A stretch of 64,000 nt of DNA from Candidatus Iainarchaeum sp. (lineage in GTDB: Archaea > Iainarchaeota > Iainarchaeia > Iainarchaeales > JAGVWC01), in the NCBI GenBank assembly GCA_018304465.1, contig JAGVWC010000010.1, forward strand, positions 243,473-307,472, read 5' to 3'. Numbering within the stretch: the first letter of the stretch is position 1; the number at the start of each line of letters is the position of its first letter. Of this stretch, positions 48,533 to 58,715 are shown in pieces. The position numbers and the translations under genes are program-made. The notes beneath the pieces are model-generated. The model was not told where the DNA came from. It was given only the letters and a program-made list of their open reading frames with translations, and did not search any database.

Positions 48533-51500
48533 ATGAGTACACCGGAAAAAAAGATCGCGTCCGGCCAAAAACCCAAAATTTTTCGAGAAAACGTGGGAAA
48601 AGGAAACGCCATGGAAGACGAATTCGAACTAGACATAGGGCAATTAGAAGCCGAAAGCGACGAAAGCCCGTACATGGCCAAATTCAAATCTTTTTTTGAA
48701 AACAGTTACTTAAAAGACATCGAAAAACTCGCCAACCAATGGCCGCACCACAAATCCCTTGAAATCGATTTCAAAGACCTTGAACACTTCGATTTTGAAA
48801 CCGCGGACGAACTCCTCGAACACCCCGACGTATTACTCGAAGCCGCGGAAATGGCGGTTCAAAGCATCAATATTCCCGCGTTTGACGTCAAAGACTTCAA
48901 ACCCCACGTTCGATTTTACAATTTACCCAAAGACCGCGTTCCGTATCTGCGAAACATCGGATCCGAACACCTCGGAAAACTCACCACGGTCGAAGGCCTC
49001 GTCCGTCAAGTCACGGACGTATTACCCAAACTTAAAATCGCGGCCTGGCAATGCCGCCGCTGCGCCAACGTCTACAAAAAAGAACAGGAAACCGACAAAA
49101 TCACGCAACCCATGATGTGCGAATGCAAACACCGCGAATTCGTACTCCTACCCGAACAATCCGTTTTCATGGACTCCCAAAAAATACTGGTTCAAGAACC
49201 CCTTGAATTATTGAAAGGAAGCGAACAAGCCACGAACTTCGAAGTCATTGTCACCGACGACCTGGTCAACAAAATTCTTCCCGGAGACCGCACCAAAATC
49301 ACGGGCATCGTGCGCCTCAAAACCCCCAAAGAAAAAGGACTCATTTTCCAGCGATTCATGGACGCGCTGCACTTGGAAGAAACCGCCAAAGAATTCGACG
49401 AAGTCGAATCTTCACCCGAAGAAATCGAAGCCGTTCGACAACTCGCCAAAACCCCGAAAATTTACGACATCCTCATTCAAAGCATCGCTCCCAACATTTA
49501 CGGTCACAACGACCTCAAAGAAGCCATCGCATTGCAATTATTCGGCGGCATCACCAAACTATTGCCCAACGAAAGCAAGGTCCGCGGAAACATTCACGTT
49601 TTGCTGGTTGGAGACCCTGGTTGCCTGGTCGGAGACGAACGCGTCGCACTCGGAAACGGGGCCATTGAACGAATCGAAAAACTCGGAACCGAACACCTCC
49701 AAGAAATCAGCACTCAAGTCTTGACTGGCGAAGGACAAGCCAAACGAGACTGGGCGACCGCATTCCATTACTATGCGAACCAACCCGTCATGGAAATCAT
49801 CACTGAAAGCGGAAAAAGCATCAAAGGCACATTGAACCACCCCTTGCTATGCGTTTCAAAAGAAAACGGAAAACCCAAGCGCGATTGGAAACGATTAGAC
49901 GAATTCCAAATCGGAGACAAAGTAGCGGTGGTCACCCACATCCCTTGCACGATCAAAAGATACATTCCCACAGATTTTACCCAAAGACCAAAAACACTCG
50001 GACCCAAGTTTAAAGGAAAACTGCCCGCCAAAGTCACTCCTGAATTGGCCGGACTATTCGGATACATCGTTGGCGACGGCTGGGTCACCCAATACAAAAC
50101 AGGTTTTGTCGTCAATGACCAAGAAAAAGACCTGTTACCCAAATTGTTAAATGCAAGCCAACGCTTGTTTGGCATCAAACCGATTCCCCATATTCGAACA
50201 CTCCTGGAACGAAAAATGCCTTTATATTATTCGGAAATCAACTCGAAAGACATCGCGCAAAACCTGAAATTTCTCGCAGAAAAAAGAGTACCGGAACTAG
50301 TCATGAGATCCGGAAACAAAGTCGCGGCCGAATTCCTAAAATGGTTGTTCGAAGCAGACGGTTGTTGTTTCTGCAAAGGCAGAGGCCGCCGAGCCATCGC
50401 ATTGAAAGCCAAGAACATTGAACTGCTCCGCGACGTACAAATGTTGCTGTTGCGCTTTTCAATTCACTCACGCATCACTTCAAACGCACTTCAAATCAGA
50501 CGTGGAAAAGACATTCAAAAATACGTCCAACACATCGGATTTGCATCTGCCAAAAAAAGAGCAAAGCTTAAACAACTCGCCAAAGAAGCCAAATCGTTTG
50601 CCCGATTCAATTCGCAACGCAGCGAAAAAATAGTCAAAATCATCCATCACCCCGTCGAAGACGTTTTCGACATCGAAGTACCCGCCGGACACCGATTCAT
50701 CGCCAACGGAGTTATTTCGCATAACACCGCAAAATCACAGCTATTGCAAAGCGTGCACAAAATCGCGCCGAAAGCGGTTTACGTTACGGGGAAAACTTCT
50801 ACTGGCGCCGGTCTGTGCATTGCTCCCGACTCGCTGATTTTAAATGACAACGGATTCAAGTCAGTGCAGGAATTCGTCGAATCGAATTTCAACGAGACAA
50901 GCGCAAAAGAAGAAATCCCTAATGCATGGAGCAATGATTTTCTCGGAGTCGCACATTCATTAAGTAATACGCTTGATTTCGTGGAAGCGCCAGTCGAAAA
51001 AATCTGGCGAATCAAACCCCCCGAAAAGATGTTCAAGATCACTACCCGTACCGGAAGATCACTTTCCTTGACTCCCGCTACAAGCCTGATTCGAATTAAG
51101 AATGGAAAGATCGAGTGGATTTCGGCAAGCGAATTGCAAACTGGCGACTACGTTGCAACCCCCCGGAACTTACCCGAAGGAAACGTGAAAAAAATCCCCA
51201 CGATCCAGATTCTTGCTTCAACCCCAAACATAAAAACCGGTGATCCCTTGGCGGTGTGGATAAAGGAAATAACCGACCGACTTATTCCAAAGTATGGCAG
51301 TCTTCAAGCGATCGCAAAAAAAATTGGAAAAAGCCGTAATACGCTTTATGCGGTACGAAATCCAAAATTCTTCCATGGATGGGAATTAAAAACCGTTATC
51401 GCACTGGCTACCGAAGCAGGATATACTGAAAGCGAAATCAGCGAAAAGATTACAACTCTATTTATAAGCCACGGGAAAAATTTTCGCATTCCACGCCATA

Positions 51501-53440
51501 TCGATAACCCGGATCTTGCATATCTTGCCGGGCTTGCACTCGGAGATGGAAACTTCATCGAGGATCCCAAACGAGGTATGATTCGAATCGCTTGCGCCGA
51601 TCCCGAACTCTTGAATGAAGCAACCCGAATAATTCAAACCCAATTCGGCATTGAACCAGAACGTTTTGATGATGGAGAACGCGTACCGGGTATACGCGTC
51701 AATTACAAAGCTATTGCCGAACTCCTAAAAGCCTTCGGTTTACACCCGAAAAAAACCCAAAACCAAATTTCGCACTTGGCAACCGAGATGTCGAATCCGA
51801 TTCTTGCTCGGTTATTGCAAGGCCTTTTCGATACAGACGGATATGTTGCAACACACAAGAATGGCTCACCTTCGGTTGGAATCAGTTCAGTAAGCCCCCT
51901 TCTTGCACAAACCCTACAACTCGCACTGCTAAAATTCGGAATTATCTCAAGGAAACGGGTTCGGAAAATTGCTGGAAAGACCTCAGTTGGAAAAACCATC
52001 CACGTAACAAGTCGCAACGATGCACATGTAATCGAAATCACAGACAGACACAACTTAGCCCTCTTTAGTCAGCAAATCGGGTTCGCGCTTTCCAGAAAAC
52101 AAGAAGCACTGGAGAAAGTCATCGCAGGAATCTCTTGTTCCAACACGAACATCGATGTAATACCAGAGATCCACAACCAATTGAAAGAGCTCAACTTGGA
52201 CTGGGAGTATACGCATCAAAAGAGAAGAATTTCGACCGCACGACTGCAACAACTCACTCAAAACCTTCCTAACGACCATTTCCTAAAAAAACTGGGTTGC
52301 GCCAATATTTTCTGGGATCAAATCAAAACGAAAGAACCGTTCAAACCAGAATACCAATACGTTTACGACTTCAGCGTGAAAGAACATCACAATTTCATTG
52401 CCAACGGATTTTTCGTCCACAACACCGCGACCGCGGTAAAAGACGATTTCGGAGAAGGCGGATGGACCCTAAAAGCCGGAGCCCTCGTACTCGCCAACGG
52501 CGGAATGGCCATGATCGACGAATTCGACAAAATGGACCCCGAAGACCGGTCCGCCATGCACGAAGCCATGGAACAAGGAATGATTTCGGTTGCCAAAGCC
52601 GGAATCGTCACGCGCCTCAAAACCGAAACCACGATTCTTGCCGCCGCCAACCCGAAATTCTCACGGTTTGACCAATTCAAAAACTTCTTCGAACAAATCG
52701 ATTTGCCACCCACGTTGATTTCCCGTTTCGACTTGTTTTTCATGATCCGCGACGTACTGGACCGAAAACGCGACGAAGAAATCTCCGCGCACATCCTCAA
52801 AATCCACCAAACCGGCGCCATCATGCGCCAGCACAAGGTTTCACGCGATCATTTGAAAGCCGAAGACCTCGCCGACCAAAAAGCCATTACCCCCATCATC
52901 GACAACAACATGCTCAAAAAATACATCGCGTTCGCGCGACAACAAGTATTTCCCGTGCTCACCAAAGAAGCCATCAAATCCATTTCCGAATACTACGTGA
53001 ACCTGCGCGAACAAGGAAAAAAAGAAGGCACGTACTCGGCCACGCACCGACAACTCGAAGGACTCGTACGATTATCCGAAGCCAGCGCGCGCATCCGCTT
53101 GTCCGACACCGTCGAAGAAATCGACGCGGCCCGCGCGATTCGCCTGCTTCGAACCTCGCTCCAAGAACTCGTCACGGACAAAGAAACCGGACGCATCGAC
53201 ATCGATTTGCTCACCACCGGACAATCCACCAACCAAACCCAACAATTAAAAACGATTTTAAACATCGTGAAATCGCTTTCGCAAGAACACGACAAAGTAC
53301 TCGTGGACCAGGTACTCGAAGAAGCGGGCCAAGCCGGAATCGACAAGGAAAAAGGCCGCGACCTGATTTCCAAACTCAAACGCAGCGGCGAACTATACGA
53401 ACCCAGCCACGGCGTACTAAAACCCGTGCAACGGGAATAA
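48533..53440 (+). CDS. mcm: MCM replicative helicase with two inteins
   Basis: Zn finger, IAPNIYG, GDPG|TAKS, IDEFDKM, AAANP, SRFD, RQLEG. Confidence 0.96.
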   Translation: MSTPEKKIASGQKPKIFRENVGKGNAMEDEFELDIGQLEAESDESPYMAKFKSFFENSYLKDIEKLANQWPHHKSLEIDFKDLEHFDFETADELLEHPDVLLEAAEMAVQSINIPAFDVKDFKPHVRFYNLPKDRVPYLRNIGSEHLGKLTTVEGLVRQVTDVLPKLKIAAWQCRRCANVYKKEQETDKITQPMMCECKHREFVLLPEQSVFMDSQKILVQEPLELLKGSEQATNFEVIVTDDLVNKILPGDRTKITGIVRLKTPKEKGLIFQRFMDALHLEETAKEFDEVESSPEEIEAVRQLAKTPKIYDILIQSIAPNIYGHNDLKEAIALQLFGGITKLLPNESKVRGNIHVLLVGDPGCLVGDERVALGNGAIERIEKLGTEHLQEISTQVLTGEGQAKRDWATAFHYYANQPVMEIITESGKSIKGTLNHPLLCVSKENGKPKRDWKRLDEFQIGDKVAVVTHIPCTIKRYIPTDFTQRPKTLGPKFKGKLPAKVTPELAGLFGYIVGDGWVTQYKTGFVVNDQEKDLLPKLLNASQRLFGIKPIPHIRTLLERKMPLYYSEINSKDIAQNLKFLAEKRVPELVMRSGNKVAAEFLKWLFEADGCCFCKGRGRRAIALKAKNIELLRDVQMLLLRFSIHSRITSNALQIRRGKDIQKYVQHIGFASAKKRAKLKQLAKEAKSFARFNSQRSEKIVKIIHHPVEDVFDIEVPAGHRFIANGVISHNTAKSQLLQSVHKIAPKAVYVTGKTSTGAGLCIAPDSLILNDNGFKSVQEFVESNFNETSAKEEIPNAWSNDFLGVAHSLSNTLDFVEAPVEKIWRIKPPEKMFKITTRTGRSLSLTPATSLIRIKNGKIEWISASELQTGDYVATPRNLPEGNVKKIPTIQILASTPNIKTGDPLAVWIKEITDRLIPKYGSLQAIAKKIGKSRNTLYAVRNPKFFHGWELKTVIALATEAGYTESEISEKITTLFISHGKNFRIPRHIDNPDLAYLAGLALGDGNFIEDPKRGMIRIACADPELLNEATRIIQTQFGIEPERFDDGERVPGIRVNYKAIAELLKAFGLHPKKTQNQISHLATEMSNPILARLLQGLFDTDGYVATHKNGSPSVGISSVSPLLAQTLQLALLKFGIISRKRVRKIAGKTSVGKTIHVTSRNDAHVIEITDRHNLALFSQQIGFALSRKQEALEKVIAGISCSNTNIDVIPEIHNQLKELNLDWEYTHQKRRISTARLQQLTQNLPNDHFLKKLGCANIFWDQIKTKEPFKPEYQYVYDFSVKEHHNFIANGFFVHNTATAVKDDFGEGGWTLKAGALVLANGGMAMIDEFDKMDPEDRSAMHEAMEQGMISVAKAGIVTRLKTETTILAAANPKFSRFDQFKNFFEQIDLPPTLISRFDLFFMIRDVLDRKRDEEISAHILKIHQTGAIMRQHKVSRDHLKAEDLADQKAITPIIDNNMLKKYIAFARQQVFPVLTKEAIKSISEYYVNLREQGKKEGTYSATHRQLEGLVRLSEASARIRLSDTVEEIDAARAIRLLRTSLQELVTDKETGRIDIDLLTTGQSTNQTQQLKTILNIVKSLSQEHDKVLVDQVLEEAGQAGIDKEKGRDLISKLKRSGELYEPSHGVLKPVQRE
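49622..50725 (+). mobile_element. MCM intein 1 (368 aa, LAGLIDADG) in Walker A
   Basis: CLVGDE..TLNHP..LFGYIVGDG..LFEADG..SHN/T. Confidence 0.93.
50816..52423 (+). mobile_element. MCM intein 2 (536 aa, LAGLIDADG)
   Basis: CIAPDS..LAGLALGDG..GLFDTDG..VHN/T, inserted after GAGL. Confidence 0.93.
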
Positions 53441-53488
53441 CGACTGCACCAAAAACCCATTAAACCGTTTTGACCCAAACAAATAATC

Positions 53489-54106
53489 ATGATCAAAGTC
53501 ATCTTGTTTGATTTTGGAGGCGTATACCTCAAAGGCAGCGCGGCCAACTTCGTGAAACGATCCTGCAAAGCCCTCGGAATCCACACACCAAAAGAATTAC
53601 CAGTCGACTATGTCACGTTTCACTCCGGACTGAACCTGGGCGAAATGACCACCGAAGCATTCGTCCAACACTATTTCAACAGACCCATGACCCCGAACCA
53701 AACCAAAAAAATCGTTGACATTTGGGCCAGCACGTGGAAAGCCAACCCACACATGCAAAAACTCGCCCACCAACTGAAAAAACAGTATCGCTTGGGCGTA
53801 CTCTCCAATTCCGATTTGCTTAACACCCAAAATTACCATAAAGCAGGAGCCTACGATCCCTTCGAACAATTGATTCTGTCACACGAACTTGGAATCCTAA
53901 AACCGGACCCCAAAATTTATCGGATCGCAATTCGAAAATTCAACGTAAAACCATCGGAAATATTATTCATTGACGATCAAGAACGCTGCCTTGTCACCGC
54001 CCGAAAACTCGGAATGAAAACCCTACGTTTCACTTCTTTTTCAGGGTTCAAAAAAGACCTGCGAACACACGGGATTTGGCCTACCAAAAAAATTGCCGGC
54101 AAATAG
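53489..54106 (+). CDS. HAD-IA phosphatase (YihX-like)
   Basis: FDFGGV, LSNS, KPDP, FIDD. Confidence 0.88.
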   Translation: MIKVILFDFGGVYLKGSAANFVKRSCKALGIHTPKELPVDYVTFHSGLNLGEMTTEAFVQHYFNRPMTPNQTKKIVDIWASTWKANPHMQKLAHQLKKQYRLGVLSNSDLLNTQNYHKAGAYDPFEQLILSHELGILKPDPKIYRIAIRKFNVKPSEILFIDDQERCLVTARKLGMKTLRFTSFSGFKKDLRTHGIWPTKKIAGK

Positions 54107-54358
54107 CATTGGCTCCGAAAAAACCGCCTTTTTTTCGTCATTGCCGTTTGGAATCAACGAAAACGAATATTGCAACCCCGCCGGGTGAGGCGAGTTTTGA
54201 TCGGGAATCAAGGGATGGCAAACAGGAGGCAATGAAACCGATGCGACCGAATCCCAATCGGTCACCACAGGGCCCACGGGAGCGGTATTGGATAAAACCA
54301 ACACCAAGAGCACACCCAGTAAGAAACTCACGAAAAACGAAACTGTTTGTTCCAACAT
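54041..54358 (-). CDS. Possible small membrane-anchored protein
   Basis: N-terminal hydrophobic helix; fills the gap but overlaps the HAD gene 3' end. Confidence 0.35.
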   Translation of the reverse strand: MLEQTVSFFVSFLLGVLLVLVLSNTAPVGPVVTDWDSVASVSLPPVCHPLIPDQNSPHPAGLQYSFSLIPNGNDEKKAVFSEPMLFAGNFFGRPNPVCSQVFFEP

Positions 54359-54489
54359 TTTTGATCCCTCCGCGGAACAACCAACGAAAGGAACGCTATA
54401 ATCATTTGGACGCACCCCCGTCATTGCCGGTAAAAACGGGTTTTTTTGGCCGAACAAAATAAATAAACAAAACCCCCATACCAGTAATC

Positions 54490-55335
54490 ATGAACCAAAA
54501 ACTGCTTTCCCAATTCATTGTTATCTTTCTGGTGACCAATCTCTTGGGTTTGCTCGTGGCCAGCACGTTTATCCGCGAAAACATTTCGGTTCCTATCGTG
54601 AATCCCGACCGCGAAAGCTACGAAAACCCCCTCGGATTGTTCCTGTACATTCTGATTTCAACCGCAGTATTGCTTGCCGTAATCAAACTCTTGCCCAAAC
54701 GCACGTTTCTTTTGTTCAAAATCCTCGAAGGATTCGCAATTTTTTTCATGATCCCCATCGTACTCTGGGCGGTATTGTCGCTTTTTTTCAAACCCCAAGA
54801 ATTCGAACTGGCACTCCAACCTCTCGCGTTACTCGTCGTGATTTTGCGCAACACCCTTCCCGAACACCTGTTGCTTCGAAACATCATCACGTTGTTTTTA
54901 GCCGCGGGCATCGGCGTGTTCATCGGAACCGGAATCGGAACGATTCCCATCATCGCGTTTTTGGTGGCCATGAGCGTTTACGATTACATCGCGGTCTTCA
55001 AAACCAAACACATGATGACATTGGCCAAAGCCGTTACCGAAAAAAACCTCTCGTTCACCTTTGGCATGCCGACCCCCGAACACCAATTCGAACTCGGCAC
55101 CGGCGACCTCGTGATCCCACTCGCGTTTGCGGTATCGGTGTTAAACGAATACGTGGTGCAACTCGGATCCCCGCATTATTGGATCGCGCCGCTCGTGATA
55201 TTGCTGTTTTCATTTATCGGACTCGTCATTACGTTATGGCAAAGCAGTCAAAAAATCGGACACGCATTACCCGCCTTGCCGCTACAATCCGTTCTGATGA
55301 TTCTTGCCTACGCGGGGCTACGACTGTTCCTGTAA
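54490..55335 (+). CDS. Presenilin/signal peptide peptidase-like aspartyl protease (A22)
   Basis: Multi-TM; YD, LGTGD and PALP motifs. Confidence 0.92.
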   Translation: MNQKLLSQFIVIFLVTNLLGLLVASTFIRENISVPIVNPDRESYENPLGLFLYILISTAVLLAVIKLLPKRTFLLFKILEGFAIFFMIPIVLWAVLSLFFKPQEFELALQPLALLVVILRNTLPEHLLLRNIITLFLAAGIGVFIGTGIGTIPIIAFLVAMSVYDYIAVFKTKHMMTLAKAVTEKNLSFTFGMPTPEHQFELGTGDLVIPLAFAVSVLNEYVVQLGSPHYWIAPLVILLFSFIGLVITLWQSSQKIGHALPALPLQSVLMILAYAGLRLFL

Positions 55336-55355
55336 AAAAAAAAGAAAAAAAATCG

Positions 55356-55774
55356 TCACGAGGTAACGGTGATTTTTCCGAACATCTTGACACCCAAATG
55401 CTCGTGATACGACCATTCGCCCGCGTCGTTAAACATAAACGAGTAACGTTCGCCTTTGGCAAGACCCCGGCACGCATCGAAAATGGTCAGCGCCTCCGGT
55501 GAACCGCATTTTTCGATACCCGAACCCGGATACTCGGTGTGCGTCGGATGACGCGCGGTCGCGGGCCAATTGGGCGTATCCGTTTCGTTTACCCACGTCA
55601 CGGTTCCGCCGATTGGAATCGACACGTTTTGCGGTTCATATCCTTGCGCCGTGATTCGAACCGTGACATTGGCGGTAGGCGGATTTTGCCCCGGATTATT
55701 GGGCGGATTGGAATCCGGCGAACGGCAAGCCCCAAAAGCGAAAAACGAATCGTGTTGTTCATTGCATCCTCCAT
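55356..55774 (-). pseudogene. Cupredoxin (plastocyanin-like) protein whose 5' end appears out of frame
   Basis: YEPQNVSI..GGTVTWVN, HPTH, GEWSYHEHL..G.I.V; the signal-like start MNNTIRFSLLGLAV lies in a different frame. Confidence 0.55.
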
Positions 55775-55916
55775 AAAACAGTAAGTTAGTTATGAAAAGA
55801 AACGATACATTATAAATCAATTGTATCGCTTTTTCAAAAAAATTTGAATTGATGACCGGAGGAAAAACAACCCGTCTTGGCAAAAAAAATAAATAGCGGA
55901 ACACCGTGAATTAGTC

Positions 55917-56650
55917 ATGAAACCAGTCCGACACAAAAGCTTGCGCCGCTTCATCGCAATCAAAAAATAAGCAAAGGACTCGAGATCGCCGCCGCAACCA
56001 GCATGAGCCTTGGCCTTGTTGCCGCCGCTTCGCAACGGTGGGCCAGTGCAGCCCTAGCTAACGTTGCGGCCATGGCGATGCTTTCAAGCGCAGGCGCCGT
56101 GAACAAAAAACTCTATACGAAAGCCATCGGCAGACCGGCATTGGCCAAAGAAATGCTCAAAAAATCCACAAGCAAATCTCAAAAAATATTTTTTCAAGTC
56201 CTTTCGTCGTTTGGACGCATTGCACCCCCCTATCGCGCCGAAGCCGCCGTCATGATCAACGAACTGCTTCGCATCGGAATACCCAACGCAAAACGCTCCA
56301 ACGTCGATTACGCCGAGCTTTACCGCGCGCTTTTTCGCGGACGAATGCAAAGCGTTACCCGAGACAAAAACACGCAAGAAGTCGGAGAAACCGTGTTAAA
56401 GGAACTCGCATACGATCGCCCGCTCTCCCACTATTTTCCTGTTTTTTTGGGCAAACTTCCGGACATGATCGAACAACTGGCCAAAGACCCGAAAACGGAA
56501 AACCGCGCGATCGGATTAGAAATCTCCGTGAACGGCACCAAAACGAACAAAATTACAATCTTAAAATTTCAAAACCACTGGCGCGTCGTACGCGTTGACT
56601 GGCCGGCACGGGAACAAAAAGCGGACTCGCACCCGGCAAAGAAAAGCTGA
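55917..56650 (+). CDS. Hypothetical protein, probable frameshift at an A6 run
   Basis: ATG at 55917 reads MKPVRHKSLRRFIAIKK then stop; one extra A joins it to ORF 56003-56650. Confidence 0.45.
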
Positions 56651-56662
56651 CGGATCGGCGGT

Positions 56663-57244
56663 TCATCCGACAAAAATCTTTTTCAGCAATTCCAAACCGT
56701 AATACCCCGCAAGCGCGATCAAAACGTCGCGAATGATTTTTCCAACCAGCGTCGCGGCAAAAAACTTTTTGGCGTCCATGCGAAGGACGCCGGCCGCAAG
56801 CCCGAACACGTCAAACGGCAGCGGCGACAACGCCCCCAAAAAAACAATCCAGTTCCCGTGTTTTTTAATCTGGGACTCGATTTTAAGCAACAGCTTCTGA
56901 TTTAAGGCATCCGAAAATTTTCTCACGCCGCGTTGACCCAGATAACCAACGAAAAAACTCGACATCTCACCGATCGCCGCGCCAATGCCGCCGGCGATTC
57001 CCATCAAAATCGCAAACCCGACCCCGAGGTTGTACTGCGCGGCAAACGCTCCCGAACCAAACACGAGCAACACGACCGGGGCCGGCAAAAAAATCGTGGC
57101 GTTTCCGATGATCGAAACCACCATCACCACGCCAAACGCCAGCACATACCCGAATACGCCGTGCTCTAACACCAGCGAATGAATCAAAAAAAGCGCGTCC
57201 GAAACCAGTTTCTCGGAAAACGCCCGCAAATCATCCAAAACCAT
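56663..57244 (-). CDS. VTT/DedA (SNARE-associated) membrane protein
   Basis: G.GAAIGE, PLPFDV.GLAAG, GKIIR. Confidence 0.85.
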   Translation of the reverse strand: MVLDDLRAFSEKLVSDALFLIHSLVLEHGVFGYVLAFGVVMVVSIIGNATIFLPAPVVLLVFGSGAFAAQYNLGVGFAILMGIAGGIGAAIGEMSSFFVGYLGQRGVRKFSDALNQKLLLKIESQIKKHGNWIVFLGALSPLPFDVFGLAAGVLRMDAKKFFAATLVGKIIRDVLIALAGYYGLELLKKIFVG

Positions 57245-57306
57245 TCAGTATCGTATAACCCAAAAACGAACCCCTTAAAAAAACTAAGCCGAGGCAATTC
57301 TAGTAT

Positions 57307-57711
57307 ATGGAATACGAAAGAATGCTTGATCGGGTGTATATGTCGCTTCCAAAAGAAGCCCTTACCAAGGAACGATTCGAAATTCCCCGCGTGGACTCGT
57401 TTGTGGAAGGAACCAAAACCATCATCCGAAACTTCTCGAATCTGGCCAAACTGGTCCGCCGAACCGACCGGGAAATCTACAAATTTTTCACCAAGGAATT
57501 CGCCGTTCCCGCGCAAATCAGCGGCGAACGACTGATCCTAAACGGAAAATTTTTCGGAAACCAAGTTCAAACCGCTTACGAAAGTTACGTGAAATCCTTC
57601 GTGCTTTGCCACGAATGCCACAAACCCGACACGCATTACGTGGACCAGTCCGGCGTACGCATCCTAAAATGCGAAGCCTGCGGCGCGATTTCGTCCGTCA
57701 AACACATTTGA
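57307..57711 (+). CDS. eif2b: Translation initiation factor aIF2 beta
   Basis: ERFEIP, KTIIRNF, CHEC.KPDT, CEACGA. Confidence 0.95.
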   Translation: MEYERMLDRVYMSLPKEALTKERFEIPRVDSFVEGTKTIIRNFSNLAKLVRRTDREIYKFFTKEFAVPAQISGERLILNGKFFGNQVQTAYESYVKSFVLCHECHKPDTHYVDQSGVRILKCEACGAISSVKHI

Positions 57712-57771
57712 ACCAAACAACGAATTTAAAAAAACAAAACACAATCAAACTAACGAATAAAAGGTGAAACC

Positions 57772-58089
57772 ATCGTCAAAAAACCACGCGTACCGCAGCA
57801 AACGGAATTCAAAGTTCGGTTGCCGAACAGAAATGAAAACGAAATGTTCGCGTTAGCGATCCAACTCATGGGCGCAACCCAAATCAAAGCCCAGTGCGAA
57901 GACGGAAAAGAACGCATGTGCCGCATCAAAGGCACCATGAAGAAAAAAGTCTGGATCCGCGCCGGCGACGTACTCATCATCCGACTGTGGGACTGGCAAA
58001 AAGACCGCGCGGACATCATCTGGCGATACTTTGGAACCCAATCGGAACACCTCAAACGAAACGGATACCTCAACAACCTACCGGTTTAA
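57772..58089 (+). CDS. eif1a: Translation initiation factor aIF1A (probable ATC start)
   Basis: KVRLP..E, CEDGKERMCRIKG..KKVWIR.GD, ADIIWRY. Confidence 0.92.
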   Translation: MVKKPRVPQQTEFKVRLPNRNENEMFALAIQLMGATQIKAQCEDGKERMCRIKGTMKKKVWIRAGDVLIIRLWDWQKDRADIIWRYFGTQSEHLKRNGYLNNLPV

Positions 58090-58126
58090 AGCAACAAATA
58101 AATAACTCTTTCTTCCATCAGCAGTA

Positions 58127-58690
58127 ATGCTTCAAAAAAAACCAGGTCCTTTTCACGGAAAAAAACCCAAGGCGTTAACAGGCCCCGCAAACAAAAAAAA
58201 ACGCGCGCAATACCGTTCTTTGCGCGGAGCAACCTACCCCAAATACCTTCAAAAAGCGTTTCCTTCAAGACCAGAACTATTCCGCGGAATGATAAACGCC
58301 AGGAAAAAAAGTAAACCCGCAGTCGAAGACTATTTTCTTCGAAGACTGTTTTCAAAAAAATTTCAACAGAACTGGAAATACAGTCAACCAGATTTTGCAG
58401 GCGTCGAGTATCTTCAACGAGTCAGAGGAATTCGAACAGAAACGAACATTCCAACTCTGATCAAATTTTCAAAAATGATTTCGGAAATGCTGGACGAATA
58501 TCGAAAAGTACAAGAACGACTGCATCAACTTACCAGCCATATCAAGCTCCCGGTAAAATACACCCAAGGCGAAGGCGCTTTGGTCCGCCACGCGTTTAAC
58601 AATTGTTTTTCCCGAATTTCCCTCCTAAAAGAATACCAATCCGTCGCAGAAAAGAGAATCAAACAACTGCGTGCCCCCGAGATATATTAA
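58127..58690 (+). CDS. Basic hypothetical protein
   Basis: ATG start; fills the gap between eif1a and rio1. Confidence 0.55.
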   Translation: MLQKKPGPFHGKKPKALTGPANKKKRAQYRSLRGATYPKYLQKAFPSRPELFRGMINARKKSKPAVEDYFLRRLFSKKFQQNWKYSQPDFAGVEYLQRVRGIRTETNIPTLIKFSKMISEMLDEYRKVQERLHQLTSHIKLPVKYTQGEGALVRHAFNNCFSRISLLKEYQSVAEKRIKQLRAPEIY

Positions 58691-58715
58691 AATCCCCTTC
58701 AGCCCTACATTTGTA

